Source: an uncultured Verrucomicrobiae bacterium (GTDB lineage Bacteria; Verrucomicrobiota; Verrucomicrobiia; Limisphaerales; Palsa-1400). Taken from it: DNA of 64,000 bases. The notes under the pieces were generated by a model. That model saw only the letters and a program-made list of their open reading frames with translations. It was not told where the DNA came from and ran no database searches. The first letter of the stretch is position 1, and each line of letters opens with the position of its first letter. A program made the position numbers and the translations under genes. Positions 9,945-17,402 of the stretch are shown piece by piece. The stretch is taken from contig CAVXRD010000002.1 of assembly GCA_963764165.1 (NCBI GenBank), forward strand, positions 864,001 through 928,000, written 5' to 3'.

Positions 9945-10043
9945 GCCTAAAACGTCTTCGGAACAAACCGCCGTTGGCCTTGGCCGTTCCGATGTTGCGG
10001 TTCGCGTCACGGGCCGGCGGTGGCTCATCTCACCTTGTTAGGC
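9945..10043 (+). other. Degenerate integron attC-like recombination site
   Basis: GCCTAAA (R''-like, one mismatch to RYYYAAC) to GTTAGGC (R'), with inner imperfect palindrome ACCGCCG../..CGGCGGT; lies between a stop codon and a new short ORF. Confidence 0.6.
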
Positions 10044-10089
10044 GCACAGAACCTGTGAGGAAAAAATAAAGTAACAAAAAAGCATATAT

Positions 10090-10242
10090 ATGGTGTGGCA
10101 CTTAAGAAAGAAACCGTCCGGTATAAAAGCAATCCGCAAGATTCAGCCAATAAAGCCCATCAAGCCGATCAAACCCATTAAACCAATTCGACCGATTAAG
10201 CCGATAGCACCGATTGGGAAAGAGTATTATTGGAGAGATTAA
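10090..10242 (+). CDS. 50-aa basic micropeptide with Pro-Ile-Lys repeats
   Basis: MVWHLRKKPSGIKAIRKIQPIKPIKPIKPIKPIRPIKPIAPIGKEYYWRD; repeat units differ mainly at synonymous positions. Confidence 0.6.
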   Translation: MVWHLRKKPSGIKAIRKIQPIKPIKPIKPIKPIRPIKPIAPIGKEYYWRD

Positions 10243-10253
10243 GCCGCCGACGG

Positions 10254-10502
10254 CTATTCCCGCGCCTCGCGCTTCGCCTGTTTCAGCACGGCCTCAAAAT
10301 CAATGCCAATGGCATCGCAAATCCGCAACACGGTGTCCAGCGTCGGATTTCGTGTTTCCGTCTCAACATAACTGACCATTTGGCGCGACAATCCCGCCGC
10401 TGTCGCCACGGCTAATAGCGACAACCCGCGCTTGTTACGCTCTTCGCGCAAAATGCGCGCGACAGCGGCGCAGATCGCGCGACGAGCTTTTTCAGTTGCC
10501 AC
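10254..10502 (-). CDS. XRE-family HTH regulator
   Basis: LREERNKRGLSLLAVATAAGLSRQMVSYVETETRNPTLDT. Confidence 0.85.
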   Translation of the reverse strand: MATEKARRAICAAVARILREERNKRGLSLLAVATAAGLSRQMVSYVETETRNPTLDTVLRICDAIGIDFEAVLKQAKREARE

Positions 10503-10526
10503 TCCACATACCTAGCAGAAAAAAGG

Positions 10527-10555
10527 TTGACAGTGGAGGCCACTATAGTTACCTT
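10527..10555 (+). promoter_or_regulatory. Promoter divergent from the XRE gene, with an inverted repeat in the spacer
   Basis: TTGACA-17 nt-TACCTT; AGTGG-AGG-CCACT palindrome overlaps the spacer (candidate operator). Confidence 0.5.
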
Positions 10556-10561
10556 TCTGGC

Positions 10562-10801
10562 ATGTTTATGAAGCGAATTGGCCCGGACCCGCATGCGGAC
10601 GGCGCACGAACGTTTGCCTGTAACGGTTGCCCCGACATTCGGGAGCTCGAAGGTGGCGATTTCGCCATCATCGGAACCGACATCTGTGATTTGGCAGATC
10701 GGCTGCCGTCCTCTGCCAATTGCGGGCCCGACGAACGGATTATTCGAATCCCGCGCAAGACTCTTGTTCTGGCCAAGCCTGACATTCCGGACAGCTTGTA
10801 G
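10562..10801 (+). CDS. Small hypothetical protein
   Basis: MFMKRIGPDPH..CNGCPDI..DFAIIG; directly follows the promoter. Confidence 0.6.
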   Translation: MFMKRIGPDPHADGARTFACNGCPDIRELEGGDFAIIGTDICDLADRLPSSANCGPDERIIRIPRKTLVLAKPDIPDSL

Positions 10802-10841
10802 GTTTGGACCATTCGCGTCGGTGCGGTATAATCACCGGTAA

Positions 10842-11294
10842 ATGGGCATTCACGAGTGGTTTGGACAACATTGGTTCGATTTGTTTCAAACGGTGGCTGT
10901 TGTGGGCACTGTGATTTTCACGGGCCTTGCCCTACGAGACCAAACACGCGCCCAACGTCTGACGAACCTTCTCATCCTGACTGACAGCCATAGGGAAATC
11001 TGGAGCAACTTGTTCACATTTCCCGATTTGGCACGGATTCTTGAGCCGTCGCCTGACCTGGATAAAAATCCGACGAACGTAAGCGAACAGCGTTTTGTGG
11101 TGCTGGTAATTCAGCACGTCCATTCCACCTACCAATCGGTCAAGGAGGGCTTGGTGGTAAAGCCGGAATCGCTATATCGGGACGTGGCCTCGTTTTTCAA
11201 ACTTCCCATTCCAAATTTGGTTTGGAATCAATTCAAGCATTTGCAGGACGACGATTTTGTCGCTTTCGTGGATTCTTGCTTAGAATCGGAGTAA
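10842..11294 (+). CDS. Hypothetical protein with an N-terminal membrane helix
   Basis: Hydrophobic FQTVAVVGTVIFTGLAL; upstream TTGGAC-17-TATAAT. Confidence 0.7.
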   Translation: MGIHEWFGQHWFDLFQTVAVVGTVIFTGLALRDQTRAQRLTNLLILTDSHREIWSNLFTFPDLARILEPSPDLDKNPTNVSEQRFVVLVIQHVHSTYQSVKEGLVVKPESLYRDVASFFKLPIPNLVWNQFKHLQDDDFVAFVDSCLESE

Positions 11295-12591
11295 CGGACG
11301 GGGTCTCCATCCAGCGCCTTAGCCGCTGCTCGACCAATATCCTCGGGGTGGCAAACCTCTCTCGCGAACGGAGAACGTGGCGCTGGGGGTGGCGGCCATG
11401 ATTTGCCAACGGCTGCGACGTGGTTCCTCTGAAAGGCACCTTATCCTGACCGTCCTCCATAAGCTTCGCCAGCACCTCGTAGCGGTTCAGGTCAACGAAC
11501 TGCTTTGCAACAAACTCGTTCCCAAATTCTTTTTCCAAAACCGCCGCATCCGTCTGGCCAATCCGAAATGCAATCGTGCTGCCAACATTTCCAAAGACGG
11601 CCTGGCGGACAGGGAGGGTAAGCTGATCGACATACTGATGCGACAGAGTCAGGCAAAGACGATATTTCCTGGCTTCAGCCAGCAAAGAAGCGAACGCATC
11701 GGTGGTGAAGTTTTGAAATTCGTCGATGAAAAGAAAAAAATCGCGGCGTTCTGTTTCGGGTTGACTGGCGCGGGCCATTGCCGCGAGTTGGAATTGCGTA
11801 ACCAGAAGCGAACCAAGCAGATTGGATTTATCATGGCCCAACTTGCCTTTGGAGAGATTGGCGATGAACAAGCGCCTGTTGTCGGTGATGAATTGGAAAC
11901 TTACCTTGCGCTGCACCTGTCCCAAAATGTTGCGGATGACTGGACTCAAAAGAAGCTGGCCGAGTTTGTTTTGGATTGGCGCAATCGCTTCTCGCTGAAA
12001 CCGGGCATCGTAACCAGCATATTCCTTTTCCCAAAATTCGCGGATGAACGGGTCTTTAATTTGGCGGATTACCCATGCGCGGTAAGGGTCATCGGTGAGC
12101 AACCGATTGACGCCAAGCAGGGAAGTGTTTGGGCATTCCAAAAGCGCGGCAATCGAATTGTAAAGAATATACTCCATCCTTGGGCCCCATGAATCCCGCC
12201 AGATGCTTTTTAGAGCTCCAACAATGCCTGATGCAACCAGATGTCGTTCATCAGTCGGAACATTCGCCAATAGATTCAGTCCAATCGGAAAATCCAAGTC
12301 AGCGGGATTGAAATAAACCAGATGGTCCGAACGCGCAGCGGGGATGTGATTTAACAGTTCCTCTGCCATGTCGCCGTGGGGATCGATAAAACCAACACCA
12401 TGCCCGAGGGAAATGAGTTGAATAATCCAGTTCCGAAGCAGGGTCGTTTTGCCGGAACCTGTTTTTCCGACCACATAGACATGGTGCCGCAATTCGGGGA
12501 TTTGGATTCCGAATGGTATTGGCTGGCCCCAGCCGTCGCGGGAGCCGATGTTGATAGTGTTGTCATTCATGATCGCAGACTCAGCCGTCAC
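11233..12591 (-). CDS. Type IV coupling-protein-like / HerA-FtsK superfamily ATPase
   Basis: Walker A GKTGSGKT, IDPHGD, Walker B FIDEFQNF, EARKY, SHQY; alternative ATG at 12570. Confidence 0.85.
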   Translation of the reverse strand: MTAESAIMNDNTINIGSRDGWGQPIPFGIQIPELRHHVYVVGKTGSGKTTLLRNWIIQLISLGHGVGFIDPHGDMAEELLNHIPAARSDHLVYFNPADLDFPIGLNLLANVPTDERHLVASGIVGALKSIWRDSWGPRMEYILYNSIAALLECPNTSLLGVNRLLTDDPYRAWVIRQIKDPFIREFWEKEYAGYDARFQREAIAPIQNKLGQLLLSPVIRNILGQVQRKVSFQFITDNRRLFIANLSKGKLGHDKSNLLGSLLVTQFQLAAMARASQPETERRDFFLFIDEFQNFTTDAFASLLAEARKYRLCLTLSHQYVDQLTLPVRQAVFGNVGSTIAFRIGQTDAAVLEKEFGNEFVAKQFVDLNRYEVLAKLMEDGQDKVPFRGTTSQPLANHGRHPQRHVLRSRERFATPRILVEQRLRRWMETPSVTPILSKNPRKRQNRRPANA

Positions 12592-13390
12592 TCCCGGCCA
12601 TATCGAAAATTCCCCGTGTCAGTTGAACTTTCGACAAAGAAACGCCGCACCGGTGTCAGGCGTTTGAATGGCTGTTCCCGGACGGGAACCATTGGCAAAC
12701 GCTGTTGGGTGCGAGCCAACGGGGTAATGGCGGCTGAGTCTGAAACCCGAAGATACTCATTTTAGCACGGGAAGTTGGCGCGCTGTGCGCGGCTGCTGTG
12801 GATTGGCCGCGTGGCGGCGACACGGGTCAAAATCGGCGGGGCGCTTTTTCCAGGATGCAAAAGCGGAGGTTCGTTCCGCAGGAAACCGTCGTCTCGTGCT
12901 CCGCGTACTCACACGGAGTCGTTGGGCGAATTCGCCCGCGCTCGTGTGTCCGATAGGACTCTCTATGAACCCGTCCCCCCAACGTGTCGGCGGTTAAAGG
13001 ACGATAGGACTGGCGCGGCCGACTTCGCGCTTTTTGGTGAGAGACGACGGTTAGGAGGAACGAATCCCGATAGCCACCTGGAAAAAGCGCGAAGTCGGGC
13101 GTTAGCCGACGACACGTTGGGGAAGTCGTAAGGCCCCGTTGAGCCGTAAAACTCTCGTCGGCGCGATCCGCGCCCCTACATACCATGTATGTAGCCCCTC
13201 GTTCCCGGCACTCATCAAGGACAATACCGCATCGGCGCGATTGGTCATGGTGTAAACTAAATGGGCAGACCGCCGATGCCGGAATGTCAAGCAAAAGGAG
13301 TATTGATTGGAGCCATGTTCGCGCCCAGCGAACCGAAATAGGTGGAGCAAGCCGCGCGACGTGCGCAGCAAGTAACATCCGAATGGGTTA
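12575..13390 (+). other. Large, highly structured non-coding region (ncRNA or ssDNA origin/promoter)
   Basis: More than 10 hairpins and several 12-17-bp long-range complements; wobble pairs read as G-T on the + strand. Confidence 0.6.
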
Positions 13391-13393
13391 AAA

Positions 13394-14191
13394 CTACCCT
13401 GATTTCGGCTGCAACGGCAGCCTAACCGCAAACTTCTCGTCTCGACTCTGGCTTGCGAGGCGAGGTGCCATTTCGCGAAATACCGTTATGTCGCGGATTC
13501 TCTTTTGCCAAGGGTCGCGGTGTCGGAAAAGAACCTCATCCAATGACCCTCCTATCATCCCAACACGAGTTTTAGTGTGTTCGTATGAGCCTTTTCTGAC
13601 GCGGTATGCGATTAAGTCAGCCGCCTGAAGCGGGGTGCAGTCTTTGTCGTCAACAAAGGCCACTGATGAAAACCGAGGATGTTTGATTTTTTGTTTGTTA
13701 AAAACTTCTTTAAAGGACTTAATCCAGTCTGACTTGTTACTATCGCAAAAAAAAGACACCCCATCTGTGTTGCGGGGCCAGTGCAAACTGATTGTTTTTC
13801 CAACACTTTCAAAGAACGCCTCAAACAAAACCGGAAAAGGGTCATCCGGGTCGCCAGTTGCGACATAATCCTTTAAATTGAACATTGAACCGACCGGCAC
13901 TTGTTGCCCCGCTACGGCGGCAAGCTCAAATAGAAAAGTGTCGCGGCGCATTTCCCCCCAGTTGTAATAAGGGCTTTCTGGATCATGTTCGGAATCTCTA
14001 AGTGAGAAAAATTCCCGACAGTGAAAGTGGGAAACGCCATATTTTTTTAACACCGACTCCCAATGCCAACGAAATTTTACCCATTCTTCTACATCGCCGA
14101 TGTATCCTCCGAAAGTCGGAGCTTCCGAGCCACGGAGTCTTCCCGACCGATCATGCGTCCCGGATTCGTCTGCATAAACAACAAGGTTCAC
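13394..14191 (-). CDS. Second DUF3800 family protein
   Basis: VYADESG, FFCD, PLQAADLIAY; GTG start at 14191 chosen. Confidence 0.8.
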   Translation of the reverse strand: MNLVVYADESGTHDRSGRLRGSEAPTFGGYIGDVEEWVKFRWHWESVLKKYGVSHFHCREFFSLRDSEHDPESPYYNWGEMRRDTFLFELAAVAGQQVPVGSMFNLKDYVATGDPDDPFPVLFEAFFESVGKTISLHWPRNTDGVSFFCDSNKSDWIKSFKEVFNKQKIKHPRFSSVAFVDDKDCTPLQAADLIAYRVRKGSYEHTKTRVGMIGGSLDEVLFRHRDPWQKRIRDITVFREMAPRLASQSRDEKFAVRLPLQPKSG

Positions 14192-14365
14192 AAAAATCTT
14201 TCCCGAAAACAAAGAAACCCACTCAGCAAATCCTTTTGCCGTTTGAAGCGGCGTTTTTGTTGCGCTTTTTGCCTCTAAAGATTAAGCCCTTTGGCCACCG
14301 GAAAGCAACGGCGATATCTTGTTAGACATAAACCTAATCACGGGGTATTTTTGGCTTCGGTCTGC

Positions 14366-14725
14366 ATGAATCCGGTAAAAATCCATTCGGTCACGCTTAA
14401 AAATTTCACGGCAGAGGAGTTGAACGGCCAACGCCTGGCTCATTTGGTTTGCGGCCACATTCATTGTGGTGACGTGGAGATGCACGTTTCAGAATCTTTT
14501 GAGGAGCTAGGAAAACACGTCGTTTCCATGACATTGGTAGTTGTCTCAGAAGCCAAGCATGGCGCAGAGCTTGGACAAATCCGCACAAACAAAGTAACAC
14601 TGGATCAAGCCACCGTTGATAAAATTGAAGTCGCAAATGATACGACCGAATACGGGCGATATGCCAAAATGGGGGGATGTCCCTTTGTTGTCCTAGTTGA
14701 GCTTTTTTCTCCAATGAGTCAATAA
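14366..14725 (+). CDS. Hypothetical protein
   Basis: ORF from MNPVKIHSV; no recognisable motif. Confidence 0.4.
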   Translation: MNPVKIHSVTLKNFTAEELNGQRLAHLVCGHIHCGDVEMHVSESFEELGKHVVSMTLVVVSEAKHGAELGQIRTNKVTLDQATVDKIEVANDTTEYGRYAKMGGCPFVVLVELFSPMSQ

Positions 14726-14860
14726 TCCATTGACTGGCAGTCGCGGTCGGACGATTAAGCAACAATTGCTGGCAGCGGGTTACAAGTTTTGTTTCCGCAC
14801 ACTTGCTGCCAGCACTGGATTTCATACCACGGATGATCAAGGGAGAATGGCTCAACAGGG

Positions 14861-14971
14861 CCATCCAACGATGTTTGGATTGCTGCCTTGGCGAGGCAGC
14901 ACAATTTATCAGTCTTGAGCGCCGATTCTCATTTCGATAGCGTTCCTGGCGTCCGCCGGATTAGCTGGTGA
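14861..14971 (+). pseudogene. vapC: C-terminal remnant of a PIN/VapC toxin
   Basis: PSNDVWIAALARQHNLSVLSADSHFDSVPGVRRISW*; N-terminal part absent. Confidence 0.75.
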
Positions 14972-15113
14972 CTTGGAGCAAATGAATTTCGCTGGGTTTG
15001 ATTCCCATCATCTGCCCCATTGATTGCCGTTATGGTTCGGCGTCAAGCCGCCGTCGCAGCTCCAGTTCGTCCAAACTACTAGGAACACCTTTCAATTTAA
15101 CGCCCGGATGACT

Positions 15114-15308
15114 TCAATCACGACCTTTGGCCTTCATAAACCAGCGTTGTTGCTCGACCAGTCCCGAGGTTGGTTTGGGCGCGCGCGGTGGCACGCGATA
15201 GTCCGCCGGTCCGCACAAGAGCACCAAGGTCCGTTCGGAGTTGGACCCGCGCAATTCCCGCCGCCGGACTGCCTCCAACGCCGGAGTCGCGTCATGCCAC
15301 GTCTGCAC
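15114..15308 (-). CDS. Small hypothetical protein, possibly antitoxin-like
   Basis: LEAVRRRELR..SGLVEQQRWF; the coupled downstream ORF stops after a few codons. Confidence 0.4.
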   Translation of the reverse strand: MQTWHDATPALEAVRRRELRGSNSERTLVLLCGPADYRVPPRAPKPTSGLVEQQRWFMKAKGRD

Positions 15309-15474
15309 TCAACGCTGGCCGCTTGCGATTTGCTCGGGGGTCCAGTTCGAAATAGCGGACTTTTTCGAGTTCACCGTCAGAATCTAACAGTACAACCCAT
15401 TCACAGCAAAGTCATTTGAGCCGGAGAACTGCGGCAGCTACCGCAGCGACTGAGCGGACACTTGAAGGGCGGGA

Positions 15475-15570
15475 GCGAAATGTTACCGATTGGCTGCCAT
15501 ATTGTTACCGTTTTTGCAGCCCGCTTAAATGCCTGACTATCAATAATGTAGCCGATGTTACCGTTTTTTA
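15475..15570. repeat. Dispersed ~95-bp element, copy 1 (phased TGTTRCC motifs plus IHF-like site)
   Basis: Aligns with 53006-53098: shared CTTAAATGCCT..ATCAA..TGTA..GATGTTRCC. Confidence 0.65.
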
Positions 15571-15731
15571 GAGATTGGAGACGTATTCGCACGGTAACGA
15601 CGGCTTGATTCCATTCACAGGCTCCAACTTTCGGATGGACATAGGACGGCGGTCAGGTTCAAGTTGGATGTGCTGATTCCACGAATCGGCAATAGTGAAA
15701 GTAGAGCCTGTCAAACAACATTCCGCGGTGG

Positions 15732-17126
15732 ATGCGAGGCGATCTCGCCGCCAGCCGTGCTGAGCCTTCCGAAACTCCGCCAGTGAACGTGCCTTCCATT
15801 TTGCATTCGATCCAAGCTCATTGGCTGGCCGTTGCCGTCGCCGCGCTGGCCTTGTGGGTTGGTTACAAGTTTATTCAGAATGAGGATTTCGCCGAACACC
15901 TGTCTGTCTTGAAATTTGGGCTTGTCCTGTTGGCGGCCACTTTCCTTGTCGGCATGTCCATCGGCAAATTTTCCGGCTCGCCGCTGGCCGGGGCCTGCGC
16001 TGGCGTGGTCCTTGCGATTCCCGCGCTTCTTTTCCTCTTCAAAGTGTTTGATCGGGCTTTTAACGATTCGCTGGGTGGCTTTGTGTTCGATCTGCTTTTT
16101 AATGAAGGGCCTTTCGCCGAGAAGATTCGGACTGCCAGGAAAAAAAGGCCGAACCTGACCCTGCTGCGCCATTGGCGCGATACCGGACAGGTCCGCAAAG
16201 CCAACCGCGCGGCGAGCGGGGCTCTGGCCAACGATCGCCAGTGCTTCGGCCATTGGCTGTTTGCCATCGAAACGGCGCTGCTCTATGAACGGTCGCCCTA
16301 CAAGGCCAGACGTCTGGCCCGCAGGCTCATTCGGTTGAAGGAGATCAGCGAAGAGCAAAAACTTTATGCGGTCAAACAGCTCGAGACCTGGAGTGATTTA
16401 ACCGGAAAAAGAATCAGCCTGAATCTGCCCACACGAGTTGTCCGGCGAAAACCATTTGAGGAAGCCATCGCACTGCGTGACCATGGGTTCTTCGAGGAAG
16501 CGGAGACCAGGCTGCGGCACGTCCTAACGCGCGATCACCATGATTTCGCCGCCTTGCAACTGCTGATTCGCCTTTACGCGCAGGATTTGAAAAGGCCCGA
16601 TTTGGCTGAAAAGACGTTTGAGACTCTGAAGGACGCCCCGCATGTTCCGAGTTCATTGGTCGATTTCGTCGATAAGAGTATTTCCGATTGGAACGCCGCG
16701 CCGCCCTGCGCCGAGCGGAAAAAAAGATCGTTTTGGGAGCGTCTGTCCTTTCGTTCGCCGAAAGTTCCGATTTCCGGTTCGCTGTCGCCGGACTCGGGAG
16801 TGGCAGTCGAGCTGCCGACGGCTGAATCTCCGGGGTTCGGGCCCGACCCGTCCATGTCGGTCGCGGATCTCTTGAAAGACGGATATATGGGAACAGCCTT
16901 GGAACGGGCCCAAACGGAAGCCGAGGCGGCCCCAACCGACTTCGCCCTCCAACGCCAGTTGCTGGACGCTTATTGTCACGGTTTCATCTCCATCAAAAAT
17001 GCTGAGAAACTGCTGGCGAAGATCGAGAAGGAGCCGAAATTCAACGAGCAACAAAAACAGGAAGCCCAGCGGATCGTCAATGACGCGAAGAGCGCGGAGC
17101 GCGAACTCGCCCGTCGAATATATTAG
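15732..17126 (+). CDS. Membrane protein with a TPR-like cytoplasmic region
   Basis: Three or four N-terminal hydrophobic helices followed by helical repeats. Confidence 0.7.
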   Translation: MRGDLAASRAEPSETPPVNVPSILHSIQAHWLAVAVAALALWVGYKFIQNEDFAEHLSVLKFGLVLLAATFLVGMSIGKFSGSPLAGACAGVVLAIPALLFLFKVFDRAFNDSLGGFVFDLLFNEGPFAEKIRTARKKRPNLTLLRHWRDTGQVRKANRAASGALANDRQCFGHWLFAIETALLYERSPYKARRLARRLIRLKEISEEQKLYAVKQLETWSDLTGKRISLNLPTRVVRRKPFEEAIALRDHGFFEEAETRLRHVLTRDHHDFAALQLLIRLYAQDLKRPDLAEKTFETLKDAPHVPSSLVDFVDKSISDWNAAPPCAERKKRSFWERLSFRSPKVPISGSLSPDSGVAVELPTAESPGFGPDPSMSVADLLKDGYMGTALERAQTEAEAAPTDFALQRQLLDAYCHGFISIKNAEKLLAKIEKEPKFNEQQKQEAQRIVNDAKSAERELARRIY

Positions 17127-17140
17127 GCTCGGCCCACTTC

Positions 17141-17259
17141 CAGGGCAGACGCATCTTAATTATTGTAATTCTTTAAAAATCAACGAGCGCCAAGCTCGTT
17201 GACAGGCAGGGACGCCTCGGCGAGGCGTCCCCACCTTTTAATAAGATGCGTCTGCCCTG
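17141..17259. mobile_element. 119-bp MITE with ISAs1-like ends, carrying a REP hairpin
   Basis: Perfect 18-bp TIR CAGGGCAGACGCATCTTA; 10-bp flanking direct repeats GGCCCACTTC/GGCTCACTTC. Confidence 0.8.
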
Positions 17260-17402
17260 GGCTCACTTCAAATTCAGGTTGCAAAGCGGCGTAACTCTGT
17301 CAACTTGCAGAGCGCTGGCATGCAACCCTGCGTGAGCAGCAGAGCCTTCCCCCAAGCTGGCGCTTTTTCGGCAACCATGGAATTCCCCCAAATTCACGAG
17401 AA

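Larger units (their letters stand above)
1..15100. mobile_element. Decaying integrative mobilisable element (left end outside window, right boundary approximate)
   Basis: Clustered integrase, ArdC, RadC/JAB, methylase remnant, primase, replication-relaxation protein and coupling-protein-like ATPase, mostly on the minus strand, with several truncated genes. Confidence 0.75.

Noticed and set aside
12775..13431. Overlapping short ORFs in the structured region
   Set aside because: No recognisable motifs or coding bias; better explained as non-coding structure
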